This document shows, one piece after another, positions 1-14,484 of a stretch of 64,000 bases of DNA (position 1 is the stretch's first letter; each line of letters opens with the position of its first letter). The notes under the pieces are model-generated. The model did no database searches. It was given only the letters and a program-made list of their open reading frames with translations, and was not told the origin of the DNA. A program made the translations under genes and the position numbers. Source of the stretch: Octopus sinensis (Eukaryota); assembly GCF_006345805.1 (NCBI RefSeq), contig NC_043007.1:57474001-57538000 (forward strand), read 5' to 3'.

Positions 1-643
1 GTGTGTCCGCTGGGAGAAGTGCAGGAGAAAACCATAGCACTGGAGACTTTAACGAATGAGTTGCAAGATGCGTGTGTGGAGGAGGAAATCGTTACTACAG
101 ATAATGCGGAAAGTGGTGAAGAGTTGGAGAAAGAAAATAGAAAAAGAACGCGGGTGGAATCACCACCTAAAGAACAAAAAAAAAAAGAAGAAAAAAGCGA
201 AAAACAAGATTACTGACGAGAAGGAAAACCGAATGGGAGAAGAGGATACAAAAGCAGAAGTGAGTGAACCGGTAAAACTAACAGCAGAGGAAGAATGGGA
301 CAGAAGAATGAAAGAGCAGTTGAAAGCTTGTAAGAGAGGAGGAAGACCCAAGGGAAAGAAACATAGAGTGGTAATGTTATACGAAAAGGACAAAAATACG
401 GAAAAGATGTTGGCAGGTAGGAAAGGCGTAATTAGAGTAAAGTTGAACCCAGGAATATATAGTGACCTGTGGAAGGCGGTAATCGTGGAGAAAGAGACAG
501 TGAAGAAAATGGTATATGATTATAGTATATTTGAATGGTTATATGTACGTTATGACACCTTACCAGCTATTGTGGATCAGGATAGCTTAATAGAGTATAT
601 AACAGATGAAAGACCAGACTATACAGACGAGTGCCCGACGTAG
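1..643 (+). pseudogene. 5'-truncated Lys/Glu-rich ORF of a probable retroelement, broken by a frameshift in an A-run near 176-186
   Basis: ORFs 1..216 and 56..643 overlap and join into one charged protein across the poly-A run. No RT or nuclease motif is seen. A 3' region carrying a hammerhead follows, then (TA)n. Confidence 0.4.
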
Positions 644-883
644 CAGAGTAATATATGTAATTGTAAAATTGTAAATTGTAAAATTGTATTTTAAATGAAA
701 TTGCGAGCTTTGGGGGGCTCGTAAGCCGTTCCATCTAATCCATTATAAATATCCATTTCAATTCATAATTTTCGATTTTTTTACTTTATGTACCCCACGT
801 CATGTCTTGTACTGTCCCCTCTTAATTCGGGCCTTAGTGCCTATAATAAAGATTTCAGTGGCGATACCTGCTGGGTCGACTAC

Positions 884-926
884 GCTACATTGACAAAGGG
901 CAAATACCCTGAAACGCGTCTGTAGC
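884..926 (+). ncRNA. Type I minimal hammerhead ribozyme, U3-A8 core variant
   Basis: gctaca-TTGACAA-aggg caaata ccct-GAAA-cgcg-TC-tgtagc: 6-bp stem I, 4-bp stem II, palindromic stem III. Stem I extends outward to about 868-940. Confidence 0.8.
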
Positions 927-1090
927 TGTCTGACTAGCAGTGTAAAGCGGTTGACCTCCCTTGTTCGAAGGTTATAATGGATACAGTTTGTGTATCAAAT
1001 AGCTATCTTAAGGCGATGGCCTCATGGAGCTAATCAGCGACAGCTTTTAGTCTTATATCTATAAGACTGCCATATTAATATGTCGATGAC

Positions 1091-1206
<116 letters not shown>

Positions 1207-1229
1207 GTATATATATATATATATAATAT

Positions 1230-1261
<32 letters not shown>

Positions 1262-1281
1262 AATGTATATATATATGTATA

Positions 1282-2151
1282 CAGCAAGCGATAGGTGTAT
1301 TGTCGACGTTTTATATTTATCATTTCACGCGTGCACATTGTTTCTATTTGATTTTGTCGACTACACAGTATTATAGAGTCAGTTGGGCACCGTTTGTGAG
1401 AAAAACAGCACCGTGACGCAATTCACTCTACCAGAAATTTGGAAAAGATATGCTGTGCTGCTTGGCATTCGCACCGGAAGTTCCAATACAAACATTTCAA
1501 AGAGCAGTGCAATCTGAGGACATGTACTGAGAAAGATAAAAATCAAAAATCCAGTCAACATCATTGTGTTTGGAGTGATCACTAGTGACGGCGACGTTAT
1601 GCATCCATTCATCTTCTCATACGGTCACAGACTCAACACGGAGGCCTACATCAAGTTCCTGGAGAGGTAGTACTGCCCTGGGTAAAGAGGGTGGCTGCTG
1701 GAAGACTCTCTCTCTCTCGCAACGGGACTCTGCACCATGCCACACAAGCAGAAGAACCCAGTCATGGCCGTCAGACAATTTCTGCGACCACACCACCCCT
1801 AACACCTGGCCACCTAACTCCCTACACTGCAGCCCCCTTGATTATTAGGTGTGGAACGCAGTTGAGCGAGAGACCAGCAACACTCGTTGTAACAGCAATG
1901 ATGAACTGAAGGCAAGGCTTATGATAGCATTCGCCATCTTAAACAAGGGGACCGTCTTGAACAGTTGTAAGAGATTCTGAAGCCGTCTGAAGGCAATGGT
2001 TGAAACCAATGACGATTTTATCAAATAAATTCACCCTTTGGTATTTCAAGATATTTTTATGTAATTTTGATAAATATATGTGTAAAAATGAGATGCCAGC
2101 GTTATTTTCATTTTTGCGTAATTTAGACGATAGTTTATTCACCGCACCCTG
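1282..2151 (+). mobile_element. Internally deleted Tc1/mariner element of the DD37D (maT) type
   Basis: Remnant peptide DSAPCHTSRRTQSW..DNFCDH..PN.WPPNS..C.PLDY has 37 residues between the catalytic Asps. The right end ...ttattcaccgcaccctg is followed by TA. Confidence 0.8.
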
Positions 2152-2184
<33 letters not shown>

Positions 2185-2960
2185 ATATATAATATATATA
2201 TATATGTAGAGTATATATGTATGTATGTATACATATATGTATGTATATATATATATATTATATATATATATTACATATATATATATACAAATGTCTGTAT
2301 GGGTGTATGTAAGTATGTTTCATCTTGTCCCATTCTCTATCTCTACCTCTTTCTTTCTCTCTCTCTCTCTCTCCCTGTCTTCCTTTATACAGCACACACG
2401 CGCACACACACACGCACACACACGCACACACACGCACACACACGCACACATACACACACATACACACACATCACACACACACGCACATACACACACACGC
2501 TTGGATCATGACTGATTTACTGATACATATGTATAATATTTGATATTCCACATGTCATAACATCAGAAATGCAAAATATGATTTTTCTACGTGCCATGTT
2601 GACGAAATCATGTTTGAGATAACCGCTAGAGTCCAACATATCGACTACCATACAAGCATATCTAAGCAGATATATACCTTGCAGTAAAATACTTAATACT
2701 TTCTTTGCCAAACTCTGATGTTTAACGCTTCAACACGTTTCCTTTAAGTTTCCAATTATACTAGAAATGAACTACGCTAGAATGAGTGCGAATTCAACCA
2801 AATGAATTGAATCATAACTGTAAAAATATATATAATAAAAAACATAACAAAAAACTAAAATTGACATTTTAATAACATTGAAATAGGAACAAAAACAACA
2901 AAGTAATAATAACAACAACTACAATAATAATAATAATAATAATAATAACAACAACAACAG

Positions 2961-3062
<102 letters not shown>

Positions 3063-3297
3063 TAATAATAATAATAATAATAATGACAAAAAGTAAAAAT
3101 AGTATAAAAGGAAAATTTTAATAAAAGTGTCACAAATCGATAGCATACCGAAAAAAACACCCCAAGATATCAAAAGCAAAAAGACAAAGGTAAAACAACG
3201 GATTCTTTAATCTCTCTCTCTCTCTCCTTCTCTCTGTCTTTCCCTCTCTATCTCTGTCTCTCTTTCTTTCTCACCTCTCTCACCCGATCTCACTTTC

Positions 3298-3336
<39 letters not shown>

Positions 3337-4026
3337 ATAATCATCTATATATATGAGTGTGTATGTGTGTTTGTGTGCGTGTGCACGCGTGTGTGCGTAT
3401 GTACGTATATATATTCATATGCAAATACACACACATACGAACACATACGAACACATGCACACATACACACTCACACGGACACACACATAAACGTTGGTAT
3501 TGTCATAAAATCTCTTTGGATGACCGGTAACATTTTTGCCATGTAAAGGCCATAGAAAAGAAGTTTAAGTGATGAAACGAAAAAAATATTCAACACTTGA
3601 GTAATGTTAACTATATAAAAAAGAAGCAACAAAACTCATATGACTAATCCAAACAGGAGAAATAAGAACAACGCTGCGCATTGTAAATTATATAAAGAAC
3701 TATTATTGTATCATGTTATTAATATGGTGTTAAGGTAAAGATTACGACAGGAAGCACACCGAAAGAATTACAGGAAACCAATGTATCGGACGCTCTAACA
3801 ACCCTTCCGCCTTATGTACAAATATATACAGGCATACATAACAATATGTAAATATATATTTGAATATATTTCTGTGTATGCATGCATGTATTTCAATATT
3901 AATGAACTTGCCTCCAATTTTCTGTTCTCTTTTGTCTTAGGCTGTCTTTATGTTTTATACTAGTTCTTAAAATTTTTATTTATTCCTCATTAAAGATTAT
4001 GACATTACAGTGATATTTTACATACA

Positions 4027-4108
<82 letters not shown>

Positions 4109-4113
<5 letters not shown>

Positions 4114-4207
4114 CCTGCTTCCATCTTTCCTGAGCGCCTATTAATAATAATACTGTAATTGTTCCACGTGTTGTTGTTTTTTCTGTTTTCCCGTTTGGAT
4201 TAAAATT
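4109..4207 (+). repeat. Short copy of the pLTR-like repeat at 55510-55720, starting near the HHR cleavage site
   Basis: cttcc..ctttcctgagcg..aatact..ttgttccacgt..tgttg..ttttttctg..gtttggattaa matches the reverse complement of 55511-55610. Flanked by (TA)n. Confidence 0.7.
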
Positions 4208-4279
4208 ATATATATATATATATATGAATATATGTGCTTATATATAGACATACGCACATACGTATGCATTTATAAATAT

Positions 4280-4410
4280 AAGGCTAGTAATTTCGGGCGA
4301 GTCGATTACATCGATCCCAGGGGTACTTTTTTTTATCGACCTATTGGTATAGTCGACGTGCGCAGAATTTGAAGTCAGAGCATAAAGACGGCCGAAATGC
4401 ATTTATAAAT
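4280..4410 (-). mobile_element. Degenerate tRNA-type SINE fragment (family B)
   Basis: gtcgattacatcgatcccag..ttttatcgac..gtcgac..gaatttgaagtcagag matches the family B copies. Confidence 0.6.
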
Positions 4411-5216
4411 ATTACATACACAAATCATTTTAATACATAGAAATATATGACGATATATATCTTCAAAATTGTAGGCTACACACATGTGCACTTTGTAGCT
4501 GAAATATTTGATAAGGACAATCATTTCAGGGCGATGGTCATAAGTTATCTTAATTTTCTGATACTTTACAAAATATAAATAAATACATTTGCAAATAATA
4601 AACAATAAAAAAAGGAAATGGAAGAATAGGGAGAAATTCCTTGAATGCAATATTCTAGAGTTTTTCGTCTTTCTCTGATTATCTAGATATTGTGAGCATC
4701 TTTTTAAAGCTGTTTACCCAAAATAGAAGGCATTGATGCGTTTATTTTGTCTTAATACACATGAGCTGGTGTTGTTATTTTGTATGTGGAAGAACATTGG
4801 ATGGCATAGTTGTTAAAATGTTTTACAATAGTTCTCACCTTTCTATCGTTCTTGATTAGAAATCCAACTGGAGTCACTTTTACCTTTCAACTGTTTAGGA
4901 ATTGATAGAAAAACTTCCTGTAAGGTAATGATGTTTATTCAATGGACTATTTTCATATTCTTATCTTCCTAGAATGTCGACCCTGTGTTATTATCTGAGG
5001 TTTTTTATTTGTCTTATATATTACTTAAAATTTTATTGTTGGTTTCTGATTTCATATTTCTTTTGGTTCTCCGTTTTTCTCTGCTTCTCATATCACAGTT
5101 GTGTTTGAACATCTCTCAACATCTCTATATTTCTACATTTCTATATTCATCCACCAAGCAAACTAGCTAGTCAAGAAAATCTCTATACGAGATGAAAGCA
5201 GTATTCATACTGACAA

Positions 5217-5565
5217 GTAATGTTTAACGCCACTTAAACACAGCTGTTCATTAAGAACCGACGATACTACCATTTTAACTTCAGGAGGACACCTCCTCCG
5301 GAGGGTTATACAGTGCACTCTGCACTCGATATATATTGCAAGTGAGGAGAGTCTTCCTCACTGAGGATGACCATAGGAAGGTCGAATCCGCACGGTCTGA
5401 TGGCCTCTGGGCTAAAATAGTAGGGAGTTCTCTCCCCTCTTACAATATGTATCGTGTGCAGAATGCTCTACATAACCAGCTGAAGGAGGTATAATCCCGG
5501 GGTTAAAATGGTAGTATCATCGATTCCTAGGGAATGGCGATGTTTAGGTGGTGTTAAATACTATT
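5217..5565 (+). mobile_element. Short non-coding element with ~70-bp diverged inverted ends enclosing a degenerate hammerhead (5356-5403)
   Basis: 5217-5286 is the inverted counterpart of 5495-5565. Internal motif: tca-CTGAGGA-t-gacc ataggaa ggtc-GAAT-ccg ca cgg-TC-tga. Confidence 0.65.
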
Positions 5566-7486
5566 CCTTCATCCTTGTTTCTTATCTCTTTACTTCTTTT
5601 ATCTTTTCTCTCTTCACTTGTTTCACTAATTCGGTGTGCTGCTTTTTCTTAACCATTTGATCTCAGCTCTACGCTCAAAGGTAACCAAGACCTAACTATG
5701 TAGATTTTAAAAACAGAAATCCAGAATATCTCCTACAGTTTTGAAGGTAGTATGATGTCATTTGAGATATATTTGTCTGTCATTTTTAACAGATTCAAAT
5801 AACATGTATAGGTTCTCTTATTGTTTTTTGCATTCCTTTAGTTTCAGGGAGCGAAAGACAGCGGGAACGAATAACAATAAATTGTGCCTACATTGAATTA
5901 AACTCCTGACAGTTAATTTTGCCTCTTTCTCCAGTTTCTCAAACTGCATGCCTAAGGAATTCTTGCTTAATTTTGCAGGATGGTAGTTAGAAAGCAGACG
6001 CGACACTGTTTCACACTCGACACTTTACAGTGTCCAGGATTTTATGACTCACTATAGCTTTATCGAAGCGTATACCGATAAAATAGTCACCAGTAGTACA
6101 TTAATTTCAGTCTCCACTTTACCGGCTTAAAAATAGAGTAACTGACTAGAAAACGTAGCTTTCGATACACCGTGTCGGAATTAAAAAATCTTTTAAAAAT
6201 CATCATAAAATTCATTTTCCTTCCAGAACAGACCACACAGCGATATTAGATATAATCTGTTAGTCATCATTTTTACATTAACCAGCAGAAATCAATACAT
6301 TGATATTATTTACTTATAATTAGAGCAACATAAGATAGTGCAATTTTTCAACATCTAAATATTTATTAAAACAAAATCTGTTATAAATTGCTGTTTGTAC
6401 TATGGCATATCAGGCACTGGAAAAATTTGTGGTGCCCTTTTCTCCTTGGTGAGCTAAATGTGTGTTAAATATCGTTCAGCAGTTACCCTGGATCTCCTAG
6501 TAAGTATAACTGGATGTTTCGTTATCCTTTAGATTATTGTCGAATCAGTACCCAAATAAAACTATCCATACCGTATCTAGAATACAATCAGTCACATTAA
6601 GCTTACATTCTCTGTAGGTTAGGGACTGAATTGGGCATTTATATTCATGTAAAACTGCAGTAAACATATTGTACCCATTATAGATATCCATTTTCAAATT
6701 CCATTAGTCATGGTTGACTTGGAACCGCTCCATATTCTCCCGAAAAATGTTTTACTACGTTTGAAACCAGATTCTGGGTGGTATCTGCCTGGATTCCGAA
6801 TTCAGTTGGTAGCTGATTAGGATTAAACAGTAAATAACGATCTTTGAGTGATTTCGACATGTTGGACCCAATGAAGATGATTAATACCTAGGTTTAACGA
6901 GTATAGTTTTATGCTGTGTAGAAAGAAAATATTATGTACTGTTTATAAAGAAGCAATGCTAAAATTGCTCCTTATAAACGTGCAGTAATTCTACCTTATA
7001 AACAGTCCTTAGCAAACAAGAATAATTCTTTCGATGGTTTCTGTTTTGTGATTTCACTATCACAGAGATAGAACTGCACAGCCAGACACACGGAATTATT
7101 CCTGTTATGCTTTCATATTTTAGGTACTGATTGAGGGAAAACAAACCTTGACATTTCTCAAAATTTCAGAGATCTGATGTCCACAGCAAAGGTTACTATA
7201 AAAGCCAACCCCATGAAAACCAACAAAGCAAAAAAAAAAAAAACTCTCATTTCCTCAATAGAGCACAATTATATTTTTCTGTCTATTGTAGTATTGTCTT
7301 TATTGCAATAAATTCACGATAGATTGAAGCATTTCGCAGATTTGAGGGTGGGGGTCGATTTAAACAAGGTCTCTCGTGATCACTGGCTGGTTTTTGCAGT
7401 TATGGGACATATTGGAATAGAGTTTCCATTACTTTGTCTTTAGTAAGTGTTTACATTCATTATTTTTATCATTTTTACTCTTCTTG

Positions 7487-7532
7487 TTCTTCTTGTTCTT
7501 CTTTTCTTCTTCTTCTTCTTCTTCTTCTTCTT

Positions 7533-7607
<75 letters not shown>

Positions 7608-8010
7608 GGTTCATAAAATATTGTTCTCTTACAGTTGAGTGATAATTCTGTAAGCCATTTTTGGCGTTGTTCCTCTTTCACCTAACCTATCGTAAAGTTT
7701 GCCAGCAAGCAACATCTCTGTGTTTGCCCAAGTGTTATTTTTAATGTTACATTTTGTCTGCTGTTGCAATTGCATACGATATTGTAGTCATTATTATTAA
7801 TGTTGTTGCTGTTATTGTTGTTGATGTTGTTGTTGTTGTTGTTGTTGTTGCAGTTGTTGTTGTTGCAGTTGTTGTTGTTGCAGTTGTTGTTGTTGCAGTT
7901 GTTGTTGTTGTTGTTGTTGCTGTTGTTGTCGGTGGTGGTGTTGGTGGTGGTGGTGGTGTTGGTGGTGGTGGTGGTGGTGTTGGTGGTGGTGGTGGTGGTG
8001 GTGGTGATGT
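7487..8010. repeat. Compound trinucleotide microsatellites (CTT, ATT, GTT, GGT)
   Basis: Seen directly. Confidence 0.95.
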
Positions 8011-8289
8011 TGCATTGCTTTCAAGAAAAAATGTCAGATTTTGCGTACTTCAAATACACTAACAGAAGCAGAGTATTTTGGTCTTTTGAAATGGAAGGTC
8101 AATAGAAACTACACTAAATTTAGATAGATATAATTTCTATGATATATTTTCGTTTTCTTTTTCTTATTCTGTGAGAACGTTACCAGGGATAAAAAAAAGA
8201 ATAACATAAAAAATTACAAATAATTTTTCACCATAAAGCCTACAATATATGTATGCACATCTACTATATATTATATGATATATATATAT

Positions 8290-8328
<39 letters not shown>

Positions 8329-8674
8329 TATATATATATATATATATATATATCAATATATATCTATATCTATATCTATATCTATATATATGTATATATG
8401 TTATATATATATTTGTATTTAAATATAGACATATACACACACAAACACGCACACATATATAAATATATAAAAAATTATAATATAAATATATATAAATACA
8501 TATGTATATAAATATATATATATATATATATAAATATAAATGTATATATAAATATATAAAAATAAATATATATAAATATATATATATACTTATATATATA
8601 AATATATATATATATACATATATAACATATATATATATACATATATATAATATATATATATATATAGATATATA

Positions 8675-8714
<40 letters not shown>

Positions 8715-8741
8715 TATCTAATACTCTTTTATAACTTCACT

Positions 8742-8777
<36 letters not shown>

Positions 8778-9063
8778 TGAACATTCAAGGCGCTACGCCG
8801 TCTATAACCTATAAAAATGTTACTCTGTTCACACAAGTGTGAGAATAATTGAGAATACATGAATGCATATAAGACATATAACCATAAAATACGTGTGTGT
8901 GTGCATATGTACATACATATATATGTACACACACACATTAATATATCTTCATGTACGTGCATGCGTATGTATATGCATGTCACGTGCGTACGTCTGTGTG
9001 AGAAAGTGAGTGTGGATATTGGTATATATAATTCATATCTGAATTTCTGACGTGTGTGTGTGT

Positions 9064-9122
<59 letters not shown>

Positions 9123-9242
9123 TATTATCTATTGAGTATTAATCTCTATTTTTCTTTTTTCCTTTTTCTTTGATGGACATTCACTGAGAAAAGAGCGGCG
9201 CTACGAGAATTCGAAAACAAAACAAAAATAAGAAATAATATA

Positions 9243-10011
<769 letters not shown>

Positions 10012-10744
10012 AGAGGAAGATCAATAAGAAGCAACCATAATGGATAACATTTTTTTCTGCCGTTAGGAATGTCGGAGTGGTAAAGTAGCGAACCGGAAAA
10101 AACGAAATGGTTGAAACTGAGATGTGTTTGTTTGTTGGTGGAGATTTTTGTTAAATGGAGAGAATTTATAAAGTAAATAATAGAAAACTCACAAGAGGAA
10201 ACAATATTTGTTGTGTGCGCGCGTGCGTAGGTGTGTGTGTGTGTGCACGCGCGCGTGTGTGCGTGTGTGTGCGTGTGCGTGTGTGTGTAAGGGTGAGTGA
10301 GGACTTTACAGCCAAAGAGCAGTCACAAATTGACATTTATGTCATCACTTTGTGCCGCACTTTCACATCCACTACCTTTCCATTCTCTCTCCTACCCTAT
10401 TTCTCTTCTCATCTCTATCCCCAACACTCTTCCACCTTCTCTTTGTCTCTCTCTTCACTCCTCTTTCTTTTTCCTTCTTCTTCTCTGTTTAGCTATCAAA
10501 CACCTTTTCACCATTTCACAATCATAGTCTCTTTCCTTTCTATCTCTATCTCTTTCCGCCTCCGTCTCTCTTTCTCTCTCTCCCTTTCTCTCTACCTCAC
10601 CCTTTCATCATAACGGATTTCTTTTACTTCCCATCATGATCTGCATGGAGTGACGACCGCAACAGTACACATCTAGTCCTAATTTATATAACCCTCTGTT
10701 ACATGTTCAAATCTGAATTGAATCTTTAATATTTAATGTCGTGA

Positions 10745-10880
10745 AGGCGATGAACTGGTAGGATCGTTAGCACGCTAAGTAAAATGCTTAGCGGCATTTC
10801 ACCCGCCTTCACGTTCTGGGTTTAAGTTCCGCCGACGTTCACTTTGCTTTTCATCCTTTCCGAGTCAATAAAATAGAAGC
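10745..10880 (+). mobile_element. tRNA-type SINE, family B (octopus OR-like, Nin-domain-like)
   Basis: ggcgatgaactggtaggatcgttagcacg..aaatgcttagcggcatttc..gttctgggtttaagttccgccg..tttcatcctttc; repeated many times in the window. Confidence 0.75.
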
Positions 10881-11561
10881 AACATACGCTGGTCACTATA
10901 CTGTATGTCATTGGAGGATAACTTCTCCCTTTCACGGTGACAGTGAGTTCAATACACTCGTCACATCATCGCGCAGCGTTCTGCAATACCGGTGTTTTGA
11001 TATGTTGCATCTCGTCAGACAGAAGCAGCTGGAACTCTGTGCTTAAACAAAGCCGATGGCCCTGTCTATACTTTCAGCGAACAAGCTGTTTGCTGATCAG
11101 TGCTTTTGTCTACCAACCGATATAAAACGTCATTTTTACTGTGTACAATGAAATCTTAGATATAAACACACATACACACACGCACACGCGCACACACATC
11201 TATCTATCGATCTATCTAATCTCTCTCTTGCTATATATATATTTATGACGAGCGAGTTACCTTCGTTTGGTATTTTGTCCTGTACTTATTTCTCGTGTGT
11301 TTACGCATTTTCACTCGTTGATGATGTCCTGTACTTTATATATATATATATATATATATAATATATTATATATATATATATATTATATATATATATAATA
11401 TATATATATAAGAGTGTATAAAATATATTTATACACTGAGAGGAGACCTTTTACAGGACTTCTTACATGCAAGAAATGGCAGTCAAAACCCAAACCACGA
11501 AAAAAGAATTCATGAAGCACACTGTTATAACACTAGAACGAACAAAAAAAAGAGTTAGTTA

Positions 11562-11632
11562 ATCCCGAACTCGAGTTTCACTCTTAATTTCCAAATATGC
11601 AAAATTTGGAATCTGTAGATCGTCAGCGGGAT
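11562..11632 (-). ncRNA. Type I hammerhead ribozyme in a pLTR-like repeat (about 11420-11795)
   Basis: Minus strand: atcccg-CTGACGA-tct..ttccaaat tttgc at atttggaa..agagt-GAAA-ctcgag-TT-cgggat. 6-bp stem I and palindromic stem III. Confidence 0.75.
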
Positions 11633-11795
11633 CACTAATTTATGAATAATTATGTAGTTGCAAATACGTACAGAAAACACGTGCGCAAGACTGCTATGTC
11701 TTTATCCATTAAAAAAGGTTCTGTCTTATGACTTTCATTTATGCATGCTAACCACTGGTAATGAATTATTTTATTAAATTCATATTGACGATAGT

Positions 11796-11874
<79 letters not shown>

Positions 11875-12272
11875 GATAGATATTTGTATATAAGTATAAA
11901 TTATATATGTGTGTACGCGCGTGTTTGTGAATGTATGTGTTTGTGTGATTGTGTATGTGTGTGTGTGCATGGTGCGTGTGTGCACAAGCGCGTGTATGTG
12001 TATGTGTATGGATTATAGTTAATTCATAATTAACATTGACATATGCGACAGATACGCTTGTAAAGAGAATCAAGTGACTTATTCTGTCCTGTTCCCGATG
12101 TTCACTAAAATGGGTATTATTCAATCAAATTATTGCATATAATCTATAACTTGAAACAAATACCTAGATCCAAGCTGGATTAACCTGTAAGCAAAATAAA
12201 TACGTATTTAGGGCACCAAAGGAATGGTGAATGGTTCATGGCAGAAAAGAAATCACTTTAAACTTGCTAAAA

Positions 12273-12623
12273 CAGAGGTCCTCAACCATGTTTTATCTAT
12301 GGGCCCCTTTGATTAATATTTCATTTGGGTGGACCCCCACAGCCATCTGATGTTGAAAAACTAGTTTTATAGAAATTTCTTTCAAAATTCCTCTTTTGTG
12401 TTTCACACATTAACTTGTGTAGGTTGAAGTATGTAAAGTGTTAGAGAAAGAAACCTAACTGCTTCTTGCAAGACATAACAATACATATATCGATGGCAGA
12501 ATTTTTTCAGGAGCCCTTAAAAGACTATTGTAGATCCCCACTTTACTATTTTGCTTGAGTGGATCCTCTAAAAATCTTATATGCACCCTCAGAGACCATA
12601 TGGACTCCAATTGAGAACCACTG
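12273..12623. mobile_element. hAT (Charlie-like) MITE
   Basis: Termini cagaggtcctcaa / ttgagaaccactg with a perfect 8-bp TSD tgctaaaa (12265-12272, 12624-12631). Confidence 0.85.
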
Positions 12624-14158
12624 TGCTAAAATAATACTCAGGATGCCTTATTTTTTTTATTAAGTATAGAAATAGATGTTACATAAGATTAATTTTCAGG
12701 ACCTGAACAAAACTTTTGCTATGCAAAAGAGTAGGAGAAAGCTTTTCACATGTAGAGGCGGATAGAGCAAAATGAGTAATGTTTAATGCATTTTTTACTT
12801 TGAGAAAAAAACGTATTTTGTCAAATGTTCCCTCCCTTACAAAATCTATATCAGCTGAGCAAATGACCTTCTCTAAATGCATTGAAAATACTAAAACAAT
12901 GCGACTATAGGAGAAATATTTTCAAGTCAAGTGCCGCTGTATTGAGGCTTTTTTAAAATTATAACCACGTTAAATAAAATATACAGATTGCTTTTCGATA
13001 CTGCATCTGTCGAATGTAATGGATTTTTACCCAACCCGACAGTTATTTGCGAAACCAGTGACTGATTAGTCTCCGTTATTCTATAAATCAGTAGAGAGGA
13101 AATTTGTCTAAGCATGCGGGGATAATCGATATCTGCTGACAATGATGCGTAAATACGCACAAATCACGTGATCTAGCAGTTCAACCTCCGTTTCTGGACA
13201 TTTTTCCTGTTATAAACAACATCATAAGTTCACTTCTGAAAAGGGTGCCGAACTACACACAGAATAAACATCCGATGAGGCAACACCGGAGGAAATAGCA
13301 ATACATGCCCAACAACACCAAAGCACCAACAGAACAGCATAGCAGGTTACGATATGAAAATAATGACAGATTAGATAAATATAACTACAAACACTCCCCA
13401 GAATATTTGGATTAAAATTTTCTGTAGCAGTTGCAGATATCAAATAGGCAGTTTTGAAGTAGACAGAATCACAAAATTAGCAAAACAAAATAGATATAGC
13501 ATAAACGATAGGTGAATACAGAATGACTACTGAACTGACAAATGAATGTGCAATAAACAATCGTAGCAAAACAGAAGACTGTCTAACAAAACAGGAGACG
13601 ATTTCGCAGTCAATAAGCTGAGACACAACAACTATGTTAGCCAATGGAAAACGATATACTGACAAACAATTTCAGAGAAACCGGATATAAAAAAATGTTG
13701 TACAGGTAGACAACAGAAAAGCGAACTATTGATAATACAGAACAAACAACTATATGGAAACTGAAACATGAAATGCTTTAGTCAACGCCCGATTACAACA
13801 ACATAGACTAATGACTAAACGTACGCTAATGCACATAAAACCAGCTCGGACACAAACGGAAAAGTTTTCACATGATCACAGAGGCGTAAAATTCGAATCA
13901 CGAAAGAATGCATTCGGTTTCAATAAACAATATACTCTATGGCATGTATTGAGTACACACTTGCCCTTTTATTGATAAAAAGCAATACAGTCATATTTGA
14001 ATGCGTGCGGCAGATTTCTTCTATCCATACTTTCTCTCACTATAAACACACACACACACACACACACACACTCCCTCACTCTATCTCTATCTCTCACACA
14101 CACACGGAGTCACGCACGCACGCATACACACACACACACACACACACACATATGTATA

Positions 14159-14380
14159 CAGCAATCCCTCGATTATCACGGTTGTTACGTTCCAAAAGCC
14201 CCCGTAATATGTGAAAATCCGTGAAGTAGAAACAGTATTGTACTGTATATTTTTTGTATTGTCTTTATAATTTGTATATATTTATTTTATTATAAATGCA
14301 AAACAACACTAGGGAGGAATCGACGTAAGCTTAAATGATAAACCGCGGTAGGTGGACCACGATATGGTGAGGGATTACTG
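14159..14380. mobile_element. Tigger/pogo-type MITE
   Basis: TIRs cagcaatccctc / gagggattactg with TA on both sides. Confidence 0.75.
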
Positions 14381-14428
14381 TATACATATGTATTTATATG
14401 TATATGTGTGTGTGAGTGTGTGTGTGTG

Positions 14429-14464
<36 letters not shown>

Positions 14465-14484
14465 TCTCTCTCCATACACACACA

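Noticed and set aside
5818-6960. Non-repetitive stretch with short minus-strand ORFs
   Set aside because: Multiple stops and no recognisable domain. Possibly an ancient TE, but this cannot be supported.
8265-8775. Phase slips (AA/TT) inside (TA)n tracts as a possible code
   Set aside because: Best explained by slippage mutation or long-read consensus errors.
13870-13925. Hammerhead-like gt(ga)..tcac-GAAA-gaatgcattc (also inverted near 14800-14850)
   Set aside because: The core reads CAGAGGC, there is no UH after the palindrome and no stem I. Too degenerate.
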